A DNA stretch of 32,000 bases from Corynebacterium amycolatum (lineage in GTDB: Bacteria; Actinomycetota; Actinomycetes; Mycobacteriales; Mycobacteriaceae): NCBI RefSeq assembly GCF_049243625.1, contig NZ_CP046975.1. One strand, given 5' to 3'. Positions 1 to 9,388 of the stretch are shown in pieces (within the stretch, counting starts at the first letter, position 1; each line of letters starts with the position of its first letter). The position numbers were made by a program, and so were the translations under genes. The notes under the pieces are model-generated. The model saw nothing but the letters and a program-made list of their open reading frames with translations. It had not been told where the DNA came from and ran no database searches.

Positions 1-11
1 GCTGGTTGCAA

Positions 12-1403
<1,392 letters not shown>

Positions 1404-1405
1404 TC

Positions 1406-1411
1406 ATTGTA
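1406..1411 (-). promoter_or_regulatory. Candidate -10 box (TACAAT) for a leaderless or near-leaderless aroG transcript
   Basis: The minus strand reads cacTACAATgaacttctGTG. The hexamer ends 8 nt before the GTG start and no SD is present. The -35 is weak. Confidence 0.3.
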
Positions 1412-1465
1412 GTGCCCCTGCCAGAAGGGTGTTAGTCAGGTCACCAAATATTCGCATTCCGCTGC

Positions 1466-1957
1466 TTAATCAAGCGGCAACTTCTGGGCAATCTTTTGAA
1501 ACTTCAGCAGATTGTGCTGGGCATCTGCCAGCGCATCGTGCTTACCTGCAGTCTGTTTTGGTAACCGTGGCTTGCCCGCCATCTCCCAGTACTGCTTGAG
1601 TTCACGGGTATAGCGCGGCATGAACTGCGGCAGCTTGGTCATATCGCCCCAAAGCTGCACCAACGCAATATGGTCGTAGGCGCCTACCCAGGCCCACAGC
1701 TCTGGACTGCCCGTACCGGGTTCGGTGAAAAATGCCAGCAGTTCCTCGCGGATCGTGTCCCGGTTCTTCCACAGCGGAGATGAGGGATTGGGCAGCTGAT
1801 TGAGCACATTGGCCCGCACCCACGGCCCAGCCTTGCTCTCGTTGAACTCGGTAGACACCGCGTAGTACTCGCGGCCGTCCTCAGCTACGACACCGATGGA
1901 GACAAGATCAATAGTCTTGCCGTCTTCAATAAACTCGGTGTCATAAAAATAACGCAC
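1466..1957 (-). CDS. DEDD-family 3'-5' exoribonuclease (RNase AS / Rv2179c family)
   Basis: The 163-aa ORF starts MRYFYDTEFIEDGKTIDLVSIGVVAEDGREYYAVSTEF, almost identical to the Rv2179c N-terminus as I recall it. GTG start, with GGAGAGGA 9 nt upstream. Confidence 0.85.
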   Translation of the reverse strand: MRYFYDTEFIEDGKTIDLVSIGVVAEDGREYYAVSTEFNESKAGPWVRANVLNQLPNPSSPLWKNRDTIREELLAFFTEPGTGSPELWAWVGAYDHIALVQLWGDMTKLPQFMPRYTRELKQYWEMAGKPRLPKQTAGKHDALADAQHNLLKFQKIAQKLPLD

Positions 1958-2108
1958 GGTGTGGAATCCTCTCCAGCCTCGGCCTCGCGTCGGCTACCTC
2001 GCGACCAAAAGACCGCGGAGCCCTACCGAGCAAATCTTCCCCATGCACCGAATCGCCTTAGGAAGTGTGCAGCCCCACTGTCGCGAAAACTATCTGCGCC
2101 TTATTATT

Positions 2109-2900
2109 CTAGCGAGCGCGTCGGAACCAGCGACGAGGGGTCGGCTTCGGCCCCGGAGCCGGAAAAGTCAGCTCTCCCCCCGGCTCGGTTCCCGCTGGAT
2201 AGCCGTTGCCGGCCTCCAAGGACTTCTTCACATCAGTCGCATAGGCATCGACATATTCCTGACCCGAAAGCTTCTGAATTTCCTTAATCAGGTCATCCGT
2301 CAGTGCCCTGGCCGCTTCATACTCATCGCTGTACTTGGCTTTGTACTCCGACGGATCAATCGGATCGCCGATAATCGTGCCCACCTTCACCGGACGAGGA
2401 ATCCACGAGCCAATCGGGTTGGCCTTCTCCGTATCAATCATCGCCATTGGGAACACCGGCACACCGGCCTCCAGTGCTACACGTGCCGCACCGGTTTTCC
2501 CGCGGTACAGTCGACCATCCGGACTACGAGTGCCCTCCAAAGAAATGCCCAGCAGATCACCGCGTGACAGCACCTTCAAGCCTGCATTCAGCGCATCGCG
2601 GGCTGCATCACCAGAGGTACGGTCAATCGGCACCTGCCCCACCGAGGAGAAGAAGAACTTCTGAATACCGCCGACAAAGCCCGGCGTGGTGAAGTACTCT
2701 GCCTTCGCCAGGAACGTCAGCTGACGGCGGCAGACCAGTGGGAAGAAAAAGTGATCCATCACAGCAAGGTGGTTCGACGCCATCAGCGCTGGACCTTCCT
2801 GAGGAATCTTCTCACCACCGATGTAATACGGGCGATTATAGATCCGCAGCCAAGGGCCAATGAGGATGTACTTAAAGAACTTGTACCAGCGATTATTCAC
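2109..2900 (-). CDS. plsC: 1-acyl-sn-glycerol-3-phosphate acyltransferase family protein
   Basis: It has the HX4D acyltransferase motif (NHLAVMD) and an EGTR-type motif (SLEGTRSPDG). 263 aa, GTG start. Confidence 0.85.
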   Translation of the reverse strand: MNNRWYKFFKYILIGPWLRIYNRPYYIGGEKIPQEGPALMASNHLAVMDHFFFPLVCRRQLTFLAKAEYFTTPGFVGGIQKFFFSSVGQVPIDRTSGDAARDALNAGLKVLSRGDLLGISLEGTRSPDGRLYRGKTGAARVALEAGVPVFPMAMIDTEKANPIGSWIPRPVKVGTIIGDPIDPSEYKAKYSDEYEAARALTDDLIKEIQKLSGQEYVDAYATDVKKSLEAGNGYPAGTEPGGELTFPAPGPKPTPRRWFRRAR

Positions 2901-3001
2901 AGTTTAAAACTATACAGGTTCACGTGGCCCGGCGATCCATCTCCGCAGCCATTCCCCACCTTTTCGCGGGCGAATTCCCCTACAATCCCCCAATTGACGC
3001 T

Positions 3002-4015
3002 TTACGACGATGCCGCACCCTCGGCAGCCACGACGCTGCGCGCAATATCCGCTGCACCAATCAACCCGGCATCGGCACCCAGTTCAGCGACCCGCACATC
3101 CGCTACCGGACGATAGCCAGCACCGGTGAGATTGCGGGCAAACTCGGCCTTGGCCTTGTCCAGGTATAAATCAGACGCCGAGGCAACACCGCCACCGATG
3201 ACAATCAATTCCGGATCAAAGACATCGCCCACCATCGACAAACCACGCCCGAGCCAGGTAGCAAAGTCATCAATCGCAGCCAGAGCCAATTCATCCCCCT
3301 GCCTAGCAGCCGAGACGACATCGGTACCAGTTACCGAGCCGGCCACGAGCCCGTCGGTAAGCCGCGAGAAGTAGCGGCCGGATTCAGAGAGCTCCTGAGC
3401 TGTGGTAACCAGCGCCGTACCCGAGCAGTAACGCTCCAAGCAACCACGCTTTCCGCAGGAGCAGGGACGACCCTCCGGCACAACGGTGAGGTGGCCGAAT
3501 TCCGGCGCCGTGCCGTACGCGCCCCGGTAAATCTCACCACCCCGCATCATCGCGCCACCGATTCCCGTACCCAGCGCAAACAGCACCCAATTATCCGCAC
3601 CGCGAGCCGCACCAAAGCGATACTCGCCCCAGGCGGCCGAGTTGGCATCGTGCTCAAGCTGCAGAGGGCACGGGAGAAGCAAGGATAAACGCTTGACGAC
3701 ATTCGCATCGCGCCACGGCAGATGCGGGGCGAACCGAACCGTCTGGCGGTCAGAATCCAAAAAACCAGCTACAGCTAAACCGATGGCGCTGACATCTGGA
3801 AAACGTTCAACCAAGCGCTCGGATGTCTGAACAATGCCACGTTCAATGGCATCCACACTGCCGTCAGAACTAGTCTGAACTCGATACAACACCTGCCCAT
3901 CAGCGCTGATAACTGCAGCGCGCAGGTTTGTTCCACCAATATCAAAACCGATAGCCGGGCAATCAGCGGCGGCGGACTCGTCTGAGCTCGGATGAATCGG
4001 AATATCGGTGGACAT
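3002..4015 (-). CDS. glk: ROK-family glucokinase
   Basis: It has an N-terminal ATP-binding motif (GFDIGGTNLRAA) and the ROK zinc motif (CSCGKRGCLERY). 337 aa. Confidence 0.85.
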   Translation of the reverse strand: MSTDIPIHPSSDESAAADCPAIGFDIGGTNLRAAVISADGQVLYRVQTSSDGSVDAIERGIVQTSERLVERFPDVSAIGLAVAGFLDSDRQTVRFAPHLPWRDANVVKRLSLLLPCPLQLEHDANSAAWGEYRFGAARGADNWVLFALGTGIGGAMMRGGEIYRGAYGTAPEFGHLTVVPEGRPCSCGKRGCLERYCSGTALVTTAQELSESGRYFSRLTDGLVAGSVTGTDVVSAARQGDELALAAIDDFATWLGRGLSMVGDVFDPELIVIGGGVASASDLYLDKAKAEFARNLTGAGYRPVADVRVAELGADAGLIGAADIARSVVAAEGAASS

Positions 4016-4024
4016 AACAGTTGA

Positions 4025-5179
4025 TTATAAAGGGATTGCGCAGGTTCGGAGAATTCGGCGAGCCCGAGCAGCCATGACCTCCCAGGTCCACGACTGCACA
4101 ACATGCTCCCGACCACAGGCTCCCATCGCCGCCGCGCGCTCCGGATCATCCAAAATTTCAACCAGTCCGGTGGCGACGCTGCGCTGCGAGACCCCGTCGA
4201 CAACGATGCCAGTTTCACCATCGATAACTGTCTCCGGGGCGCCACCAGACTTGCCAGCTATGACAGGGACACCGCAGGCCTGTGCTTCCAAGTAGACAAT
4301 GCCGAGGCCTTCTACATCGAGGCCACGGCCTCGGGTTCGGGCGGGCATGGCGAAAACGCTGGCTGCATTGTAATAGGCGGGGAGATCATCATAGGAGACC
4401 TTGCCGACAAAAATGACCTGCTCGGAGACCCCAAGCTTTGCTGCCAGCTTTTCCAACTCTCGATTCAACGGACCGACGCCCACAATCAGCAATCTGGCAC
4501 CTGGGTGCTGCTCAAGAACCTTAGGCATGCTGCGAATCAGCATATCTTGCCCTTTGCGGCGCACTAGCCGAGAAATACAGACGATAAGCGGCTGGGACTC
4601 ACCAATTCCGTGGTGCTGCCGGATCTTCTGTCCCGCCTCGGGGTCCGGGGAAAACCTCTCGATATCGACACCAGAAGGCAGGTGTTCAAACGCTGTTTGC
4701 GGGCCAAAGGCTGTCGCAAAACGACCACGGGTGTAGCGGGAAATATAGGTCACAACATCGGAGTTCTTACCAATTCGCCCCAGCATCTGGCGAGCCAATG
4801 GCAGCATCGACCAGCCCACTTCATGTCCGTGAGTGGTAGCAACGATGCGGGTAGCACCTGCGCGACGACATGCGTCGGCAAGCAAACCAAGTGGCGCGGC
4901 GGCACCAAACCAGACGGTGTCAATGCGTTCGGCGCGAATGATCTGAGCGGCGCGACGAGCTACGTGCGGCAGTGGCAGCAGCACGGAATCACGCATGCGG
5001 TAAACACGGTACGGTAGCGACTCGTCGTAGGCGCGGAGCTTTTCTTTGGAAGCTCGCGAGGATGCGAGGACTACGAGGTTCTCTGGATCCAAACGAGCAC
5101 AGAAATCGCGCAGGTAGGACTCGATTCCACCATCGCGAGGCGGGAAGTCATTCGTAATGAGCAGTACGCGCGCAGACAT
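4025..5179 (-). CDS. pimB: GT4 glycosyltransferase, PimB'/MgtA-type alpha-mannosyltransferase
   Basis: GT-B/GT4 features are present (LLITNDFPP N-terminus, EGLGIVYLEAQACGVPVIAGKSGGAPE E-x7-E region). It occupies the position of Rv2188c/cg2400. Only 9 bp separate it from glk. Confidence 0.8.
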   Translation of the reverse strand: MSARVLLITNDFPPRDGGIESYLRDFCARLDPENLVVLASSRASKEKLRAYDESLPYRVYRMRDSVLLPLPHVARRAAQIIRAERIDTVWFGAAAPLGLLADACRRAGATRIVATTHGHEVGWSMLPLARQMLGRIGKNSDVVTYISRYTRGRFATAFGPQTAFEHLPSGVDIERFSPDPEAGQKIRQHHGIGESQPLIVCISRLVRRKGQDMLIRSMPKVLEQHPGARLLIVGVGPLNRELEKLAAKLGVSEQVIFVGKVSYDDLPAYYNAASVFAMPARTRGRGLDVEGLGIVYLEAQACGVPVIAGKSGGAPETVIDGETGIVVDGVSQRSVATGLVEILDDPERAAAMGACGREHVVQSWTWEVMAARARRILRTCAIPL

Positions 5180-5232
5180 GGAGTCGAGTTTATCTACCTT
5201 GACTAAAAAGACGCGAAGTCACCTGCCGCTAG

Positions 5233-6333
5233 TTAGAAGCGGACAGCGCCTTGGTACGGGCCGCCCTGGTCGATGGAAACGACCTGGACCGGAATGCCGT
5301 AGTCGGAAGCATGGACAATCTGACCATTGCCGATGTACATGCCTACGTGGGTAATGCCCGGGTAGTAACCGATGATGTCACCTGGCTGCAGCTGGTCACG
5401 GCTTACCGGGGTGCCACCGGCGAGCTGTGCCTGCGAAGTACGCGGAATGGACTTACCAATCTGCTGGTACGCCCAGTACATCAGACCGGAACAGTCGAAT
5501 GCGGAGGGACCAGCAGCTCCCCACGAGTACGGGGAACCCAGCTTCGACATCGCGGCATCAACTGCGGCGGAAGATCCGAGCAGTTTATCCAGCCCTTCGG
5601 TAATTGGGTTGTTCTTGGAAATCCAGATTTCCCGCTGTTCGGGGCTCAGCGCATCAACCATGGACTTGACATGCTCGGCGCGCTCATCAAATTCAGCGCT
5701 GCGCTTGTCCAAATCATCGCGACGCTTAGCCAGACCATCGAGCTGCTTGCGGATATCTCCCTGCAGACGCAGCGCATTGACCTTACCCTCCTCGGCATCC
5801 TTACGGGCTTGCACCGCACGGCTGACGACTTCATCGTTGTCGCGGAACATCTTATTGATGTAACCGGTACGGTCGATAGCGTCCTGAGCACTGGCAGATC
5901 CCAGTGCGGCCGACAACGGGTCGACGATTTCACCACGCATCCGCTTCTTCGCGAAGTAGGAAATCTCGCCAGAGAGCGCCTTGAGGTCATCCTGTGCTCG
6001 GAGAACCTGATCCTCAGAGCGCTTCAGCTCCCCCTCGGCGTGCCGGAGTTCCTCTTCCTTGGCCTGAACCTGAGAATCCAGCTCGGTAACTTCCTCCGAA
6101 ATCGCTTCGGTATCCCGAGAAATCTTCTCCAGCTCTGCAATAATGCCGTCTGCAGTAGCCAGATCCGGGGCTGGCTGTTCATCCTGCGCAGACGCAATCG
6201 GCGCCAAACCTACGGAGCCAAAGGTTAGCCCAGCCACGACCGTCAGCCCGACTACACCGCGACGAGAGTTGTGGCGACGGCGAGAGGCACGGTGACGCGA
6301 CAAATCCAAACCCTTTTCAAATTGTGTATTCAA
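5233..6333 (-). CDS. Secreted NlpC/P60 peptidoglycan endopeptidase with long N-terminal coiled-coil (RipA/RipC-like)
   Basis: It has an Arg-rich signal peptide and about 200 aa of heptad-like E/K/L/D-rich sequence. The C-terminal NlpC/P60 domain shows the FDCSGL catalytic Cys and ITHVGMYIGNGQIVHA His. The only in-frame start is TTG at 6333. Confidence 0.85.
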   Translation of the reverse strand: MNTQFEKGLDLSRHRASRRRHNSRRGVVGLTVVAGLTFGSVGLAPIASAQDEQPAPDLATADGIIAELEKISRDTEAISEEVTELDSQVQAKEEELRHAEGELKRSEDQVLRAQDDLKALSGEISYFAKKRMRGEIVDPLSAALGSASAQDAIDRTGYINKMFRDNDEVVSRAVQARKDAEEGKVNALRLQGDIRKQLDGLAKRRDDLDKRSAEFDERAEHVKSMVDALSPEQREIWISKNNPITEGLDKLLGSSAAVDAAMSKLGSPYSWGAAGPSAFDCSGLMYWAYQQIGKSIPRTSQAQLAGGTPVSRDQLQPGDIIGYYPGITHVGMYIGNGQIVHASDYGIPVQVVSIDQGGPYQGAVRF

Positions 6334-6383
6334 ATTTCTTCCCCGAAAAACAAAACATCAAACCACTTGACGCATTCGAGCAA

Positions 6384-6392
6384 ATTGTAGCA
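6384..6392 (-). promoter_or_regulatory. Candidate extended -10 promoter (TGcTACAAT) for the RipA-like gene
   Basis: The minus strand reads gacTGCTACAATttg, about 50 nt upstream of the TTG start. The -35 is poor. Confidence 0.35.
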
Positions 6393-6496
6393 GTCTTGCC
6401 GCGGAACAACACACCGACAAACCGCCAGCACAAAGGGGTATCCAAAGGGAGTAATCAGGATAGCCCTTCGACTCCACGCATTGCGTAACCACAGGG

Positions 6497-6572
6497 CAAA
6501 AACAAAAATGAGGCGAGCGCCCCCCATAGTGCTTTACGACGCACATAGCGTCAGCACCCGGGCGCTCGCCTC
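6497..6572 (-). terminator. Rho-independent terminator with a 13-bp stem and a large structured loop
   Basis: On the minus strand GAGGCGAGCGCCC (6572-6560) pairs perfectly with GGGCGCUCGCCUC (6522-6510), followed by AUUUUUGUUUUUG. The 37-nt loop holds nested GUGCU/AGCAC and GACGC/GCGUC pairs. Confidence 0.65.
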
Positions 6573-6585
6573 AGTGCCCCCCTCA

Positions 6586-6606
6586 TTAAAAAAGAGCCAA
6601 GGCTCT
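6586..6606 (-). terminator. Small hairpin plus U-tract directly after the 192-aa NlpC/P60 gene
   Basis: The minus strand reads AGAGCCUUGGCUCUUUUUUAAUGA. The GC-poor stem is 5-6 bp with a tight loop and is followed by 6 U. Confidence 0.4.
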
Positions 6607-6649
6607 GCTGGGCATCTAAGCCCCGCAGTTTGTCATCCGTTCAAACAGA

Positions 6650-7228
6650 TTAGAAGCGGACGAAGTTGTGAACCGGCATGTAGTTCATCGGAGCTTCCTT
6701 GACGACATCGCCGGACTGCGGAGCGTGAATCACATTGCCGTTACCGGAGAAGATGCCGACGTGGGTAGCGCCAGAGTAGAAGGAAACGATGTCACCCAGT
6801 GCCGGGCTGGAGACCGCGGTGCCCTGGGAAGCCTGCGCCTGGGAGGTGCGCGGGATCGACTTACCGACCTGCTGGTATGCCCAGGAGGTCAGACCGGAGC
6901 AGTCGAAAGAGTTCGGACCGGTGGCACCCCACACGTACGGGGAACCGATCTTGGAACGTGCGGCGGAGACGATAGCCGAACCAGTGGACGGTGCTGCAAC
7001 GTTTGCAACGCTGCCGGAGGTAACCTCACCTGCGACATCATTGAACTTGCCAACAACATCCTGCAGACCTGCAACCTGCGGGGTATCGAAGCCGTTCAGT
7101 GCGCCCTGGATGTCGTTCAGCGGGTTAGCGTTAGCGGTCGGAACTGCGAGAGCGGTAACGCCGGCGACGGTTGCGCCAAATGCGACTGCGTTGCGTGCAA
7201 AGTTAGAACGGCGGTGGTGCTTGCCCAT
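6650..7228 (-). CDS. Secreted NlpC/P60 peptidoglycan hydrolase (small paralog)
   Basis: 192 aa with a signal peptide (AVPTANA). The NlpC/P60 core (FDCSGLTSWAYQQVGKSIPRTSQAQ ... ATHVGIFSGNGNVIHA) closely parallels the downstream paralog. Confidence 0.9.
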   Translation of the reverse strand: MGKHHRRSNFARNAVAFGATVAGVTALAVPTANANPLNDIQGALNGFDTPQVAGLQDVVGKFNDVAGEVTSGSVANVAAPSTGSAIVSAARSKIGSPYVWGATGPNSFDCSGLTSWAYQQVGKSIPRTSQAQASQGTAVSSPALGDIVSFYSGATHVGIFSGNGNVIHAPQSGDVVKEAPMNYMPVHNFVRF

Positions 7229-7257
7229 TGTTTTGAAACTCCAAAATCTTCCTGTTT

Positions 7258-7421
7258 AGCCGACCGGGTTAGCTGACGGGTTCGGAAGAATGGAAGACTT
7301 CCTACCCTCCGGGATTTCCCTTTGGGATTCACCCCATGGTTCGAGGTGGGTCCCCGGCTCGAATCCCCTGAGGTTCTCACTACCTAGCCCCTCAGGACCT
7401 TCGATAAGGCTCTGTGTTTTC
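7258..7421 (-). promoter_or_regulatory. ydaO/yuaA-type cyclic-di-AMP riboswitch aptamer
   Basis: The minus strand contains CCUGAGG-N16-CCUCAGG, GGAUUCGAGCCGGGGACCCACCUCGAACC, AUGGGGUGAAUCC and CCGAACCCGUCAGCUAACCCGGUCGGCU. These match the conserved ydaO blocks in order and spacing. It ends about 29 nt before the NlpC/P60 ATG. Confidence 0.85.
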
Positions 7422-7741
7422 TTATCAATGACCGGCACCAACTCAGTGGCCCCGTTTCAATGTCTCGATAAGGTTACGAAATGGCATCAAGTTTTGTCTA
7501 GCCACTTGCCAAGAAAACCGCTCAAGGCCCGGTTGTTACCATCGATAGAACTAAACCGTTACCAAGCTGTTACAACTAGACACTCCCCCTATTGCGGAAT
7601 AATAACAGTTTGATAAACGTGTCACTACCTGGCATTTTGAAGTCCGCCGAGAACTTTACACTTAACGCCTTAAGGTCGGAACATTTTTATCGCGAACTCA
7701 AAACGTGTTTTATGTCACACTCCAGCTTGTAGCAGCTCAAT

Positions 7742-9388
7742 TTGCTCAAGTTTCACAGTTTTAACACTACTAGGAGCGCTCAGAATAGGATTATTGACGT
7801 GAATTCAGGACAACAGCACTTCCCTCTCGAAGGCTCCGTCGATGATTCTCTTTTCAACACCACCTTTGTCGTCGTAGACCTAGAAACGACTGGACTAAAG
7901 GCCAAGAACGACCACATCATTGAAATTGGGGCCATCAAAACCCGTGGCGGCAAGACAATTGGCACCTTTTCCAGCTTCATCGACCCCGGCATGGAGATTC
8001 CCGACCACATCACATCTCTCACCGGCATCACTACCGCCGATGTTGAAACTGCCCCACAGCTCGGCACAGTTATTACTCAGTTCCTCGAATTTGCTCGGGG
8101 AAGCGTCTGGGTTGCGCATAATGCCAAGTTCGATATTGGATTCCTCCGCCAGGCTTGCACAGATTTGGGCCTAGATTGGCCAAGCCCCAGCGTCGTAGAC
8201 ACTCTCACGTTGGCGCGTCGCGTCCTTGACCGCTCACAAGTTGGCAGTTTCAAGCTCTCACAGCTCGCACGGTACGTCGGTTCTCCGAATCGCCCCACCC
8301 ACCGGGCGCTTGACGACGCAATCGCAACCGTCGACGTCCTTCACTACCTCATGGAGAGACTAGTCGGCGATGAAGTACAAACAGCGTCCGAGCTAGTGCA
8401 TTACTCGCCGACCGTCGCTCCGGAGGTTCGTGCTAAACGGCATCTTGCCGATCGAGCTCCGCACACCCCTGGTGTCTATGTTTTTCGGTCAAGAAATGAC
8501 GACCCCTTATATATAGGTACAGCTCTCGATTTGCGACGTAGACTTCTGCAGTATTTCAACGGCACTGATTCTCGTCGCAAGATTACGGAAATGGTCTCTC
8601 TAGCCGAACGCGTCGAGATCATCGAATGCCTGCACGGCTTCGCAGCAGAAATCCGCGAGGCTCGTCTGATCTCTGCACTCCGTCCGCCCTACAACCGACA
8701 ACGTACCGAACCGACCCGCGGCTGGTACATCATCCCCGCTAGCCCCGGTCGGCCTGCCAAGATTAGCCGAACAGTCACCGACGCCCGCAGCCTAGGTCCT
8801 TTCCGCACGCGCGACACCGCTACTGCCATCCGCGACAGGTTCTCCGCACTTAACGACGACTTTGCGATAACAACCGCCCAGATCTCCACCACCGGCGCAG
8901 ACGAGATCGCAGACATGATTGCTGAGATATCAGCACTTGCCAAAGCACACCGCTTCCAACGCACGGCAGTGCAGCGTGACCGCACTGCGGAGTTCATTAT
9001 CAGCTTGGATAAGCAGCAGCGCCTGAGCATGCTTGCCGCCATCCCATCTCTGCAAGCCGCTTTCCCCGATGGCAATGGTGGCTGGCACCTAGCGGAAATT
9101 CGCTATGGCAGGCTGGCCGGCGCCAGCACCGCACCGCGTGGCGCGGATATGAGCTACATCATCGACCTCATGGAGAGTTCAGCCCAAACAGTCACTCCAG
9201 ATGACTCCTTATATAAAGGAGCATCAATTGATGAACTCAGTATTGTCTGGAAATGGCTGCAGCGCCCGGAGGTACGAATAAAGCCCACCGGAGGCGAGTT
9301 TTCCTACCCCAGGTTGGGCGCAGGAAAATACCTTCAGTGGGCAATTGACGCGCAGCAAGCACGTCGTGAAGCGCGACGCGAACCTTAA
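7742..9388 (+). CDS. DnaQ-like DEDDh 3'-5' exonuclease fused to a GIY-YIG (Cho/UvrC-N-like) nuclease domain, with an uncharacterised C-terminal region (Rv2191 family)
   Basis: Exo motifs are VVDLETTGL, AHNAKFDIGFL and HRALDDAIATVDV. The GIY-YIG motif is PGVYVFRS...LYIGTALDLRRRLLQYF. The start is uncertain: the ORF track begins at TTG 7742, and GTG 7799 is an alternative. Confidence 0.8.
   Translation: MLKFHSFNTTRSAQNRIIDVNSGQQHFPLEGSVDDSLFNTTFVVVDLETTGLKAKNDHIIEIGAIKTRGGKTIGTFSSFIDPGMEIPDHITSLTGITTADVETAPQLGTVITQFLEFARGSVWVAHNAKFDIGFLRQACTDLGLDWPSPSVVDTLTLARRVLDRSQVGSFKLSQLARYVGSPNRPTHRALDDAIATVDVLHYLMERLVGDEVQTASELVHYSPTVAPEVRAKRHLADRAPHTPGVYVFRSRNDDPLYIGTALDLRRRLLQYFNGTDSRRKITEMVSLAERVEIIECLHGFAAEIREARLISALRPPYNRQRTEPTRGWYIIPASPGRPAKISRTVTDARSLGPFRTRDTATAIRDRFSALNDDFAITTAQISTTGADEIADMIAEISALAKAHRFQRTAVQRDRTAEFIISLDKQQRLSMLAAIPSLQAAFPDGNGGWHLAEIRYGRLAGASTAPRGADMSYIIDLMESSAQTVTPDDSLYKGASIDELSIVWKWLQRPEVRIKPTGGEFSYPRLGAGKYLQWAIDAQQARREARREP

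Noticed and set aside
7355-7372. A plus-strand GGCTCGAATCC resembling a tRNA T-arm/T-loop.
   Set aside because: The flanks do not form a T-stem or an acceptor stem. The sequence is the complement of the GGAUUCGAGCC block of the minus-strand ydaO riboswitch.
7411-7473. The 9-mer TCGATAAGG occurs twice, 54 nt apart, upstream of the riboswitch.
   Set aside because: A single exact 9-mer pair in a 500-bp AT-richer spacer is not clearly beyond chance, and I could not tie it to a promoter. It was left as a note only.
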